A stretch of 64,000 bases of DNA, taken from assembly GCA_038087875.1 (NCBI GenBank), contig CM075989.1:22756001-22820000 (forward strand), given 5' to 3'. Positions 23,861 through 36,819 of the stretch are shown piece after piece. The notes under the pieces are model-generated. The model was not told the origin of the DNA. It ran no database searches and worked only from the letters and a program-made list of their open reading frames with translations. Position numbers and translations under genes: made by a program. The stretch is from Malacoraja senta. Taxonomy: Eukaryota. Within the stretch, counting starts at the first letter, position 1. The number at the start of each line of letters is the position of its first letter.

Positions 23861-24753
23861 GGAATAGCTCCCTGGACACACCCATGAGGGGCCATGACCG
23901 AGAGGGGCCTAAGAAGTTTACCAAAAATGGTAGAATTACAAAATGTTTGCAAAATTGCAAATGTTTATCGGATTTATTTGGCACAGATTAGACTTTTCTT
24001 CAAATATGCTTATCTTGTATTTCAAGGAATTTTATAGATATCACAGTTAAAAGAATGAATCCCCTAACGGTCACAATTCAAGTCAAGTCAAGTCAAGTCT
24101 ATTTGTCACATACACATACGAGATGTGCAGTGAGATGAAAAGTGGCAATGCTCGTGGACTTTGTGCAACAAAAAACAAACAACAAACTACAAACAGAATG
24201 GAAGAACAGAATCACATATTCTTTTACATATTAAATATTGTGGGCGGAAGGAAAAAGGGGAAAAAAACAGGTGGAAAAAAAAAATTCCATGTCATTCCCA
24301 GACTCAGCAGAACACAAAGTGGTTGAGATAGAAAACCTGCCTCTGTTTCTAACACCAAGGATGTCAAAAACAGAATGGGAGATGAAAGAGCCTGAAGAAG
24401 GGTCTCGACCCGAAACGTCACCCATTCCTTCTCTCCAGAGATGCTGCCTGTCCTGCTGAGTTACTCCAGCATTTTGTGTCTGCCCGGTTTAAACCAGCAG
24501 TTCCTTCCTATTCATGAAAGTATCAAAGCTGCTTTACTTCCAAACTGTCTGATTGTCAAAGACAAAACTTGTTCTTACAGTCATGGAATCTTACAGCATG
24601 GAAACAGGCCCATCGGCCCAACTTGCCCACACCGACCAACATGTCCCACTACACTAGTGCCACCTGCCTGTGTTTGGCCCATTTCCCTCTAAACCTGTCC
24701 TATCCATGTACCTGTCTAATTGTTTCCTTAACGTTGCAATAGCCCTTGCCTTT

Positions 24754-24807
24754 GGGGTGGGAGATTGCAACCTTCACGCGGCCCGCCCTGTTTCAACGAA
24801 TGCAATC
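24754..24807 (+). ncRNA. Predicted minimal HDV-like self-cleaving ribozyme
   Basis: P1 GGGGTGG/CCGCCCT with G1-U wobble; P2 GATTGCA/TGCAATC; P3 ACC/GGC (one mismatch); L3 TTCACGC; J4/2 CGAA. Confidence 0.75.
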
Positions 24808-24888
24808 AACCTGGCACGCACAATCAAATGGAACAAGTTGTCCTACAACTTTAGGCTGTGCACGCCATACGCAAGAAGAAGAAGAAGA
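24754..24888 (+). mobile_element. Second copy of the HDV-headed SINE
   Basis: Ends CACGCCATACGCAAGAAGAAGAAGAAG; sits inside a minus-strand CR1 fragment (24580-24750, 25085-25235). Confidence 0.8.
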
Positions 24889-25299
24889 CCCCTAGTTCAT
24901 TGATTGATTGGATAGCATGCAAAACAAAGCTTTTCACTCTACCTCCGTCTTGAAGATAGTGGAGTCAGGGGATATGGGGAGAAGGCAGGAACGGGGTACT
25001 GATTGGAGATGATCAGCCATGATCACATTGAATGGCGGTGCTGGCTTGAAGGGCCAAATGGCCTGCTCCTGCACCTATTGTCTATTGCCTCAACTACCTC
25101 CTCTGGCAGCTCGTTCCATGCACCCACCACCCTTTGTGTGAAAAAGTTACCCCTCAGATTCCTATTAAATCCTTCCCCCTTCACCTTAAACCTGTGCCCT
25201 CTGGTTTCCGATTCTCCTACTCTGGGCAAGAGACTCTTGTTGAAACGTTGTACAATTCAGATAATAGGATGGTCCACTGGGAGTGAGGTGCAGGAGTTA

Positions 25300-25830
25300 T
25301 TCCCAGTTCCCAATCGTGCAACTGACTCGGTGCGGGTGCAAATACAAGCTGACGGGATGCATGACGGCCTGGATCTACAACTCGAATAACCAAGAACAAT
25401 GGAGATCACAGAGAGAAGTGGACGCAGTCAGTCCATCGCAGGTTCCGCCCACACCCATCTATAGGAGTCGCGGCCTCACAAAAGCAGCCAATATCATCAG
25501 AGACCCACACCACCCTGGCCACAGTCTCATTTCACTCCCGGCACCAGGACGAAGATACAGGAACGTGAAAACCGAGAAACTTCAAGTTCAAGCACAGCTT
25601 CTTCCCAGCAACCGCCAAGCTCTTACACAACGCACAACATTAACCGCAACAACTGTGAACTTCTATGGCCTGTCTTTGGATGCACTCTGGTAATTAGTTC
25701 ATTGGCGGTTTTAAAATTATTGCACATTATCCGTGTGTATTGCACTCATAGGTGTGGTAAGTTTTGGAAGTAAGGATTTCATTGTTCCATTGTTGGCGTA
25801 CGTGACAATTAAATACCTCTGGCTCTTGAA
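25300..25830 (+). mobile_element. Degenerate Rex1/Babar-like LINE 3' fragment
   Basis: LTGCMTAWI...IYRSRGLTKAANIIRDPHHPGHSLISLPAPGRRYR. Confidence 0.75.
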
Positions 25831-27342
25831 ATGTGCAAACCTACACTAATGTCTCATCAGACGCTCCCGCACAATTGCAATGCCACCTTGCCTTCAACTG
25901 ACACGCAGCCCCTCTGCCACCACATGGTCTTCAGAGGGCGACAACCAAACCCCCCAGATCATGGCCCCGTAGCAGAAGCGAGGCTGGAAACTGGAAGTAT
26001 CCTGAGCTAATTCTGCTACCTCCATCATCTATTGCAACAAGTGATGGCTCCCACTGATTGTCGCCAGAAGCTTGCGTCCTTTTCAGGACGGACGATGACA
26101 GCGGGGTCAACGTTTGTAACAAGATGGACACGAAAAGAAGAAGAAAAAAGAACTGGAAAAGAAAATGTCTGAAGAAGGGTATCGACCGGAAGCGTCACCC
26201 ATTCCTTATCTCCAGAGATGCAGCCTGTCCCGCTGAGTTACTCCAGCTTTTTGTGTCTATCTTCGGTGTAAACCAGCATCTGCAGTTCCTTCCTCACACA
26301 ATCTATAGCATTGGTTTGTGCTCCCTTTAGACTGGGTTATGATGTCCATCATCTGTCATTTATTGCAATGGTTTTGGCAACGTCAAGGAACACAGGCAAT
26401 TGACAACCCATCCCACCAAGATGTCCATGAATCTCTGGAGCCTGTCATCCTAACCCTGGTGGTGGTGGCCCAGTTACAAATGACCCAAAGAAACCCGTTC
26501 ACACCAAAGGTCGTTCACACCAAAACTCACCGGAGTGCTGCCTCTATTCCCTCTCTATCTTTGCCCGAGTCTTCTAATTCACCCACCCCCCCCCCCCCCC
26601 CCCGTCCCTCCATCTTGCTCTTACCACTCCAAGTCTTCCCCTGACACCTCTAAGTCTCTCCCATACCCTTATGTGTTCATATTCATAACTTATAGGAGCA
26701 GAATTAGGCCATTTGGCCCATCAAGTCTACTCCACCATTCAATCGTGGTTGACCTATCGTTCTCTCTCAACCCCATTCTCCTGCCTTCTCCCCGTAACCC
26801 CCTGACACCCGCCCCACCCCACCCTACATCAGTCTGAAGGAGGGTCTCGACCCGAAACGTTGCCTATTTCCTTCGCTCCATAGATGCTGCTGCACCCGCT
26901 GAGTTTCTCCAGCACTTTTGTCTACCTTCGATATTCCAGCATCTGCAGATCCTTCTTAAACTCCTTGTAAATCTTCTCTTCACTCTTTCCGTCGTAGAAA
27001 ATCTTTTAAAATCTCATTCTTTTTTGTTATTTGTGGGTCCTTTGTCACCCAGTGACATGGACCTTCATCAGGTAGTGGATGGTCGATCTGCTTTCAATGC
27101 AAACCCCTCTGTGTTTCTTCCAGACAGCAGCAAAACTGGTTAGAAAGTTTAACTCAACTCCCAGATCAGCATCGCTGCATCACACAAGACAGCCTCTCTT
27201 GTGCGGAGTCTGCATGTCATGGTGCTACAGTGAGTTGGGGGGGGGTGGCATTGGGGTGTGGGAAGGCTGCGCCATGGGAGGGAAAGGTAGTTGTAACCCC
27301 CTGCATCAAAAGCACACCATAGATGAACCTTCAAAGCACCGA

Positions 27343-27790
27343 ACTGTCATATGCTGAGAGAATGGAGCGGCTGGGCTTGTACACTCCGGAGTTTAGAAGG
27401 ATGAGAGGGGATCTTATTGAAACATATAAGATTATTAAGGGTTTGGACACGCTAGAGGCAGGAAACATGTTCCCAATGTTGGGGGTGTCCAGAACCAGGG
27501 GCCACGGTTTAAGAATTAGGAGTAAGCCATTTAGAACGGAGATGAGGAAAAACTTTTTCACACAGAGAGTTGTGAGTCTGTGGAATTCTCTGCCGCAGAG
27601 GGCGGTGGAGGCCGGTTCTCTGGATACTTTCAAGAGAGAGCTAGATAGGGCTCTTGAAGATAGCAGAGTCAGGGGATATGGGGAGAAGGCAGGAACGGGG
27701 TACTGATTGTGGATGATCAGCCATGATCACATTGAAAGGCGGTGCTGGCTTGAAGGGCCGAATGGCCTCCTCCTGCACCTATTGTCTATT
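27343..27790 (+). mobile_element. CR1 LINE 3' fragment
   Basis: LSYAERMERLGLYTPEFRRMRGDLIETYKIIKG...KAGTGY* plus 3' UTR. Confidence 0.9.
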
Positions 27791-28619
27791 GAACCTGGTT
27801 CATTATTCTGACAATCAACAGAGTGATGCTGGTTTAACAGGGGGAGCTTCAAGCTCGATGCGTTTATATATAAACCAGAATTGTTTAAAAATGAGATTCT
27901 CTGGCAGATCCCGTTTACATTACAGGCCTTTTAACCCATTTGTTGGAGTGGGTTTAAAAAATGCACGGTGCCACATTGTGGTATCTTTTCAACACCCCTC
28001 TCTCTCACACACACAGCCTACTAAATATTGCAACCAATTAGCCTGATATGAGGGAGCTCTCCCAGGCAGCCATTTGCTCATTTCACCCCTTCTTTCCAAG
28101 TCGGCAAGAAGCAGCAAAAATCCGCGCGGTGCCTCATTTACGGACTTCAGAACTGTGGCAGCTGTTCTTAATAAAAACACTTCCTTCAAACCTCACTTCA
28201 CTCCCTCTTTTAACTGGCAGCAGTTTTGACCACTTAAAGACAAATGTTCAAGAAGAAGTCTGACTAGTTTTAATGTCGTCGAGTCACCAATCCCAACTCT
28301 CCTGACATGCCCTCTGAAATTCACAAAGTACATCAAACTATTTAAAATCAAAATATTTTTACTTTGATGGGTGAATCACTCGATTATCAGATACCCAAGA
28401 ATATCAGATCTTTGAATCGGAGCCTATGTTTTCTTTTTTTTTAATAAAAAGAACCACTGCTCCATCAAGTACAGGATATTTGGGAATGTCCTTCAGTGGA
28501 GCAGGTTGAGTGGCTCCAGTGTCTTACCATGGCTTGTTACTGCCATCTAGAGGCAAAACCGGAGAGCGCAGTTCCATTACATTTCTCATTGTAAATGAGG
28601 TGATGAAACTAAAGGATGG

Positions 28620-28865
28620 AGTTTCTCTAACTTTAAGTAAACCCCTTGCTCGCCATCCCTCCCCCCCTTCCCAGTTCGCCGACCAATCTGATTACATTTT
28701 ATCTCTGTTTGCTTTGTTGTTACCTTCTCCTGCCTAAACGATGATCTATTCTATATTTTCTACCTACTGTGTCCATGTTCTACAGAGATGTTGCCCGACC
28801 TGCTGAGTTACTTCAGGACTTTGTGTTCTTTTGTGTATTAACCAGCCTGCAGTCCCTTGTTTCAA
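28620..28865 (+). mobile_element. Penelope-like ORF end and degenerate 3' repeat
   Basis: TTCTCTAACTTTAAGTAA (FSNFK*) matches the DFSHFR end of the GIY-YIG remnant at 58.8 kb; followed by pyrimidine-rich UTR and CTGAGTTAC. Confidence 0.55.
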
Positions 28866-29039
28866 CCAAGTCAAAATATAACATTGTTTCATAGACCAGT
28901 TATCCAGTGATATTATATATATTGAGTGCTAAATAAAATCACTTCGTAATTACATATCCAGGAAATATGTATATAAATATTGTTATTACACCAGGTTTAC
29001 GTATTCTAAATAATAACTAGAGATCTATAACGAGAGATC

Positions 29040-29070
<31 letters not shown>

Positions 29071-29324
29071 AGGTAGACACAAAATGCTGGAGTAACTCAG
29101 AGGGACAGGCAGCATCTATGGAGAGAAGGAATGGGTGATGTTTCGGGTCGAGACCCTTCTTCTGAAAAAGGGTCTCGACCCAAAACGTCGCCCATTCCTT
29201 CTCTCCACAGATGCTGCCTCACCCATTGAGTAACTCCAGCATTTTGCGTCTACCTTTGATTTTACCAGCATCTGCAGTTCTTTCTTACACACTTATATAT
29301 GTGTGTGTGTGTGTTTGTGTATAA

Positions 29325-29329
<5 letters not shown>

Positions 29330-29412
<83 letters not shown>
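29330..29412. repeat. (AT)n microsatellite
   Basis: Pure AT run; shorter run at 29040-29063. Confidence 0.95.
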
Positions 29413-29415
<3 letters not shown>

Positions 29416-31929
29416 AAGATCTCTAGTTATTATTTGCCCCCAGTTCAACGTTTAGTTTAGTGTAGAGATACAGCATGGAAACAGGCCCTTTGGTCCACTG
29501 AGTCCACACTGACCATCGATCGCTTATTCACACTGGTTCAATGTTATCAAAACTTCTCATCCACTGCCTGCCTACACATTCAGGCCAATCTTTACTGGGG
29601 CCAATTAACAGGGCTTGTCAGATTTTTTAAAAGATTAAAGACTGGGGGGTGGGCGGGGGGGGAGGGAGTTAAATTTCCTTGATGTATTGGTTAAATTAAA
29701 TAATTGCTTATTTCTATTTCATAGTCTGAGTGTACTTGTTTATTTTAAAGTGATACCCCGTTAATAGTAACAACACAACTGCATTCCCTCGCCGTCCTTA
29801 GATTCCCTTCCAGCAAAATGAGTCAAAGTTTCACTGTTTACAAAATTACATCTAATGCCACTGGAGAACTTGTGCTGGAGAAATATAACGTTTAACTTAG
29901 TAGAAACAAGGAACTGCAGATGCTGGTTAATACACAAAAGGACACACAGTGCTGGAGTAACTCTGTGCTATCAGTGATCAGACTGATATAACATGTTCAA
30001 GAAAGAACTGCAGATGCTGGAAAAACCGAAGGTCGACACAAATGCTGGAGAAACTCAGCAAGTGAGGCAGCATCTATGGAGTTAAGGAACACGTGACGTT
30101 TCGGGTCGAGACCATTAGGGTCGTAACTCTGTGCTATCCGCGCCTCCTCCCCCCCCCCCACCCACATCAGTCTGAAGAAGGGTCTCGACTTGAAACGTCG
30201 CCCATTCCTTCGCTCTGCCTCACCCTCTGAGTTTCTCCAGCTTTTTTGTCTACCGTAAGACTGATATAACAAATCTCTCTCGTCAGACCAGAAAGAATAC
30301 GGCGTGACAATTAGAACACAACATAATGACCATGGACAGAAATGTGGTTTAATTCCTCAGGCACGATTTGTACCTCTCAGAGAAAAAAAAAAAATTGCTC
30401 GCAAATTTCACCAGATGGATTCAGTTTTAAACCTGATTTCAAACCTTTTTTTTCGCAGTTGTCCCGAAACAGATCAAAGGCAGCTGGTTACCTGCCTTTA
30501 TTCCTGCAGTCCGATTAAAAGAAAAATAAAGAAATGGAAAGCTCACAATTTAAAAAAAAAAGAACAAGTTTATTTTTGTTTAAAAAAGTTGTGGCTATCA
30601 TGCACTAACTGGAAGGCAATTGGGTAAGAGGGAAAGCAGAGTGAATGACAACTCACATCCGTCTGCCTGCTTGAATGGGGACCATCTGCAGTGGGAAGCA
30701 GTTGGATACCCATTATCAATAAAAGAATAAGATTGCGAGAGAAGTTTCAAGATAACCAATTCCTTTTTTTTTAAATCATACGTCTTGGTCACATGCCAAC
30801 AGAGGCCAACAGAGGCTTCATACAACGCTTTTTACCAGCATTCATTTTCTTGGGATGAAGAGAACTTGGGGATAATTTGGACTGTTTTTGTTTTTGACAG
30901 GCACAGCCTCCCTGACATGTCTTAAAGGGGGGGGCACAATGGAATCTGTCACACAAGGTTGAACCAAAACAGTGTGAGGCCCTTGAGCCCAGGGCTAAAT
31001 TTGTAAGGAGCGAACAGACAGGGGAAGAGCATTGAAGAATGCAACAATGCTGATCGAATTAAAGGCCAAATTCCAACTTTACTTCGGAACAGGTGGGAAT
31101 GCGGTCAATAAGGACCAAGGGCAGGATTCAGGATTCAGGATTCAGGCAAAGCCTTCGCAACCTGAGTTGCCAGAGGAAGAAGTTTTTTTCCTGCAAATGG
31201 AAAAGAATTTGGGAAATGTTTGCGGCTTGCGATATCAAACTTTTCCACTTTTATACGCATTGTTTTTTTCTCAGAGTCAATTACTAAGCAAAAGTATTGA
31301 AGATGGACACAAAGTGCTGGAGTAAGTCAACGGGTCAGGGGGCATCTCTGGAGAAATTCAGAATATCTCCAAATACTGTTACCTACTACTGATGCCCCTG
31401 GAAAAACACTCTAGCAGGATCTATTTGCTGGAAGGAACTGCAGATGCTGGTTTACACCAAAGATAGACACAAAATGCTGCAGTATCTCAGAGGGTCAGGC
31501 AGCATCTCTGGAGAAAAAGAATAAAGAAAAAGAATCAGACTGAAGAAGGGTCTCGACCTATTCATTTTCTCCAGAGATGCTGCCTGATCTGCAGAGTTAA
31601 CACAAGACTCTAGCATTTGCTCTTCCTTATGTCACCATAATGATCAGACAGTCTGGTTTCATCAGTTCAAAGTTCTAGGAGAAGAATTAGCCCATTTGAC
31701 TCATCAAGTCTACTCTGCCATTCAATCATGGCTGATCTATCTCTCCCTCTCAACCCCATTCTCCGGCCTTCTCCCCATAACCCCTGACACCCGTACTAAT
31801 CGATTTTAGCTGTAGGATTGATATTATCTAGAAGACAGACTTGAAATCTATTGCTCTGGTCAAAATATAAGATCCTCAAAGATTGTCCTAGAACAGTAAC
31901 AGCACAGAAGAAGCCTATCATGGCCTTTG

Positions 31930-32350
31930 TAAGTTTAGTTTGTTATTGTCACGTTTGCGTGCTAGCCAGTCAAATAAAAGCTTATACATGAATCCAATCA
32001 AGCCGTCCACAGCACACACATAAAGATAAAGGCTACATGATATTCCCTTGAAGTCTGATATAGTCCAATTAAAGATAGTTCAAAGGTTTTCAATGAGGTA
32101 GATGGGAGGTCAGAACCGCTCTCTAGTTGGTGAGAGGACGGTTCAGTTGCCTGATAACAGCTGGGAAGAAACGGGCCCTGAATCTGGAGGTGTGTGTTTT
32201 CAAACTTTTGTACCTCTTGCCTGATAGGAGAGGGGAGAAGAGGGAGTGACTGGGGTGAGACTCATCTTGATTATGGCTGCGGGCCTTGCCGAGGCAGCGT
32301 GAGGTGTAGATGGAGTCAATGGGAGGGAGGTTGGTTTGTGTGATGGTCTG
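31930..32350 (-). mobile_element. Rex1/Babar-like LINE 3' fragment
   Basis: Reverse complement of ...CAGATTCAGGGCCCGTTTCTTCCCAGCTGTTATCAGGCAACTGAACC; same family at 39545-39770, 46755-47285 and 54120-54670. Confidence 0.75.
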
Positions 32351-32879
32351 GGCGGCTGCAGCAGTCCCATCTCCCTCGGCCCTTTCCCAGGAGTACTCAA
32401 CGTTTCACTTCCAGTTACAATCCAATTCCCTGTTTCGGAAGCCCAGAGTGGATCAGCTCCAGCTCCCTGTCAGGTAACTCTACCCAGACACCAACCATTC
32501 AGTGCAGAGAGAAAGGCTTCATCCAACAAATAGATGACGACGCAAGAACAAGAGAGAAACAGAGCAGGAAGAGGTCACCAGGCTCCGCTAGACCGCTCCG
32601 CTCGAGGTGGGTGCCGGTGGATGGGTGAGGATGAGCAACTGAGAGCAAAGAGGGACCTGGCGTGGGGGGGGGGGGGGGGGACTATATTGGGGACTATAAT
32701 AGTCCCCATTGGAGACTATAATGAACACTTTGTAATTTGTTGCCACCCTATACGGAGAAACTATTCAACACATTCAATTTTTTTGTCAAGGGGACCAAAA
32801 ATGACGTCTTAACTTTTAACACATAACAAATATCATATCATAGGTAATGGACACTCACCAACACTTGTAACAAATCCCC

Positions 32880-33215
32880 TGTATTCCTAAAACCCAACAC
32901 CTTTCTAATAAAGGCCAATATGCTGCTTACCAACGTTGAACCTGACTGCTAAATTATTCACTTATCCACGCACTGGAACAGCATGATGCCTCTTTATTTC
33001 ACTCATTTGCAATCTCTCGCCATTTAGATCATAATCCACCTTTTGATTACTTTTATCCGAGTACATGACCTCACACTTGCTCACGTTGATCTTTATTTTC
33101 CCAGTTTTTACCCAATCACTCAGGCTGTCCACATCCCATTGCAAAATCACAATGGCCGGGAGCAGCGTTCCAGTCTGCCTGTTTCCGCATCGGTGGCAAA
33201 CTTGGAAACGTTATA
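32880..33215 (-). mobile_element. Old CR1 RT fragment
   Basis: SKFATD / ILQWDVDSLSDWVKT..IKINVSKCEVM..KSNQKVDYDLNGERLQ. Confidence 0.75.
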
Positions 33216-33884
33216 TTTTGTTCCCTCGTTCTTGTCATCAAGTAAATAGGAAACAATTGAGGGCCATAAACCAATTGTTGACGAACTCCATTAGGTACAA
33301 CCCTTGAGTATAGAAGTTGAAGGTTATTGAGTATAGAAGTTGAAGGTTATTGAGTATAGAAGTTAGAGGTTGTTGAGGTTGGGAGGTGGTTGAGTAGAGA
33401 AGTTGGGTGGTTCTGTAAGTCGTACAAGACATTGGCGAGGCCACATTCAGCATATTGTGTTTAGTTTTAGGAAAGATGTTGCCAGGCTGTTGTCAGGATG
33501 CAGGGAAGATTTACGAGGAAAACCCTGTGTGGACAACCCTGATTGTCCTCATCTGGCACCTCAGAGCCCATGGAACCGGAGTGTAAGTCAATCAATCTTC
33601 AATACTGAGGGTCTGCCGATGAAAGGCTTTACTTTAGTGTATCTTTACTATCTCTTTTCTTTAGAGAATGGAAAGTGGCCATTTGGCCCATCTAGTCGCA
33701 CCGACCCCATCCACTAACACTATTTTACGCTGTAGGGACAATTTACAATTTTACCGAGGTACTCCGGCACTTTATGTCCTTTTGTGTAAAGCAGCATCTG
33801 CAGTTCCTTGTTTCTAACCAGGTGAGGGCACTGTGTGAAGTAAACCAACACCTGATGGATTTGATAACCAAAAGATAAAGCTTG

Positions 33885-34176
33885 AAACTATTTGGTTTCG
33901 TATAGTTCCGTTTTGAGATACAGTGTGGAAACAGGCCCTTCGACCCACCGAGTCCGCGCCGACCATCGATCACCCGTATACCAGTTCTATGCTACACACT
34001 AGGGACAATTTACAAAAGCCACAAACCTGAACATCTTTGTAGCGGGGGAGGAAACACACACGCGGTCACAGGGAGATCGTACAAACTCCGTACAGACAGC
34101 ACCCGTAGTCAGGATCGAACCCGGGTCTCTGGCGCTGTGAGTCAGCAACTCTACCGCTGCACCATTGTGCTGCCCA
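33885..34176 (-). mobile_element. HE1-like SINE
   Basis: Tail to head on minus strand. Confidence 0.85.
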
Positions 34177-34259
34177 GCGGTTGTACCTAAATCCTTTCAC
34201 GTTGATTTGTGTATATTCTGTTGTTCCTGAATGCCAAACACCTGCTACAATGCTGAAAC

Positions 34260-34563
34260 GGGCGGCACGGTGGAACAGCGGTAAGTTGCTGCCTTACTGC
34301 GTCAGAGTCCTGGGTTCGATCCTGACTACGGGCGCTTGTCTGTACGTTCTCCCCGTGACCTGCTTTGGTTTTCTCCGGGATCTCCGGTTTCCTCCCACAC
34401 TCCAAAGACGTACAGGATTGCAGGCTAATTGGAGTTGGTGTGTGTAAATTGTCCCCAGTGTGTGTAGGATAGTGTTAGTGAGCGGGGATCGCTGGTCGAC
34501 GCGGACTCAGTGGGCCGAAGGGCCTGTTTCCGCGCTGTATCTCTAAACTAAACTGAACTAAAC
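34260..34563 (+). mobile_element. HE1-like SINE, full length
   Basis: GGGCGGCACGGTGG...GGTTCGATCC...CTCTAAACTAAACT. Confidence 0.9.
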
Positions 34564-34959
34564 CTACAATGATAGGAGGCCAGAATTAAATTTGCTTCTC
34601 TCCATTCTTCACTCCCTACTTCACCAGCCACAGTCACTTGGTCAAGGCTGGGGATTTTTGACATACAAGTTTGTTAATAGAGTATAAATATTTATCTCAA
34701 AGTTTCTCAATTAGCTTCAGGATCAAAAACAAAATCTAAACAACAGTTTTGCTGCAGTCACGTTGGTGCATCCATTAGAAAGATAAATTATTGTGCTCAA
34801 AATTTGGCGTAACAAATGATATTTAATACAAACGCAACAATGCCGACAGATGCCGTTAGAACCAGACATCTCTTAAGGAAATCAAAGACTTCAGATAGGA
34901 AGAAGAGCGTCCATATTCTGGAACATAAAGAGGATAAGATTGTTGATAAATGTACATTA

Positions 34960-35445
34960 TGGGCAGCACAGTGGTGTAGCGGTAGAGTTATTGCCTTACA
35001 GCGCCAGCGAACCAGGCTCGATCCTGACTACGGGTGCTATATAGAGGGAAGATTGGACTTTATTGCCTTCCATCACAGTGAGGAACGTGGGAAATCCGCT
35101 GTGGTGGATGTTTACGTTAACTTTTATGTAGTTGTGAGTCTTGTTGCTTTTTTCTGGCATGACTGTACGGTAAATCGAAACTTAAATGGCACACGTGACA
35201 ATAAAGGACCGTTGAACCGTTCTGTACAGAGTTTGTACGTTCTCCCCGTGGCCGCATGGGTTTTCTCCGGCTGCTGCAGTTTCCTCCGACATTTCAAAGA
35301 CCTGCAGGTTTGTACGTAGGTTAATTGGCTTCTGTAAATTGTAAATTGTCCCTAGTGTGTGTAGGATAGTGGTGATCGCTGGTCGGTGTGGACTCGGTGG
35401 GCCAAAGGGCCTGGTTCTGCGCTGTATCTCTAAACTAAACTAAAA
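34960..35445 (+). mobile_element. HE1-like SINE interrupted by a Rex-type 3' UTR fragment (35040-35220)
   Basis: SINE breaks at CGGGTGCT and resumes at TCTGTACAGAGTTTG. Confidence 0.85.
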
Positions 35446-36371
35446 TTATGTTGCATAAGAGCTTTAAAAATTAAAAAAATGCTTGAGATTTTTGACTTCT
35501 GCGAAAGGGCCACGTTGAGGTTGGAGCTGTAAGAATTTACAGATGGCAGAGGTCCCGCTCCAGATATTTGTGAATGGGTTTAATTCCAAAGTAGTTTTGG
35601 GTAAAGGGGAATATTGTTTCATGGAATGATAAGTTCATGCATTTCTCAGAAGCTCTGGGAATATTAATTTTGGTCCACTCTTTCTGCATTTTCACTTAGG
35701 TCAAATATAAACACTTACAATTCTGATCAGAGCCAGTTCTTCCAATTATTAACACAGATGTTAGCTCACAAGCAGTGCTTAAAAATGGGGACAGAAAAGC
35801 ACAGAAGGTTCCCCAAACTACATATCATACCTTGAAATATCAAATACTAGAGGACATATTTTGAAGGTGAGAGGGACAAAATTTAAAGGAGATTTGAGGG
35901 CAGGTTTTCTTACACAGAGGGCGGTGGGTGTTTGGGGCAGATACAATAATGGCATTTAACAGACTTTTGTACCGGCACATGGATATGCAGGGAACAGGGG
36001 GATATGGATTATGTGCAGGCAAATAAGGAATGATCTTGGCATCATGTTCGACACAGACATCGTGGGCCGAAGGGCCTGGTCCTATGCTGCATTCTTCTAA
36101 GTAATTATACATTATAATTCTCACTTTTTCTATAATGGGAAAAATGGTTAACTTCAAAATCATAAGTTCCATCTCAACTACTTGCCATTGACTGCTTTTA
36201 AACTGCATGTGAGGAATGAGGTTCTGTAAGGATGCCACATTCATACAAAGAATCCTAAAACAGGAATACAGAGACACTTGCGTGGGAAGGAACTGCAGAT
36301 GCTGGTTTATACCGAAGACAGACACAAAGTGCTGGAGTAATCCAGCGGGTCAGGCAGTATCTCAAGAGCAG

Positions 36372-36622
36372 GTGGCACGGTGGCGCAGTGGTAGAGGTGC
36401 TGCCTCACAGCGCCAGAGACCTGGGTTCGATCCTGACTACAGGATGCTGTCTGTATGGAGTTTGTACGTTCTCCCCGTGACCCCGTGGGATTTCTCCGGG
36501 TGCTCCGGTTTCATCCCACATTCCAAAGACGTACAGGTTTGTAGGTTAATTGACTTGGTGAAATTGTAAATTGTTCCCAGTGGCTGTAGGATAGTGTTAG
36601 TGTGCGGGGATCGCTGGTCGAC
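36372..36622 (+). mobile_element. HE1-like SINE (3' truncated)
   Basis: Head and V-domain. Confidence 0.85.
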
Positions 36623-36819
36623 AACTGCGCACAAATACATGCACGGAAACACACACAGATGCACCGTCAGATTCAGATTGGCATGGTCCTGAGTTGAGCA
36701 AAAACATAGAACAGTACAACACAGGAACACTCCCTTCAGCCCATCTTGTCTGTGGTGACCATGATGCCATTTTAATGGAACCCATCTGCCTGTACATGGT
36801 CTGCATCCCTTTATGCCCG

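Noticed and set aside
24740..24900. TSD around the plus-strand HDV-SINE copy
   Set aside because: The flanks (GCCCTTGCCTTT and ACCCCTAGTTC) give no convincing match, so only the 23-kb copy is used as boundary evidence.
34260..34335. tRNA genes at the many A/B-box motifs
   Set aside because: They are SINE heads that continue into the V-domain and a LINE-like tail; no complete cloverleaf is evident.
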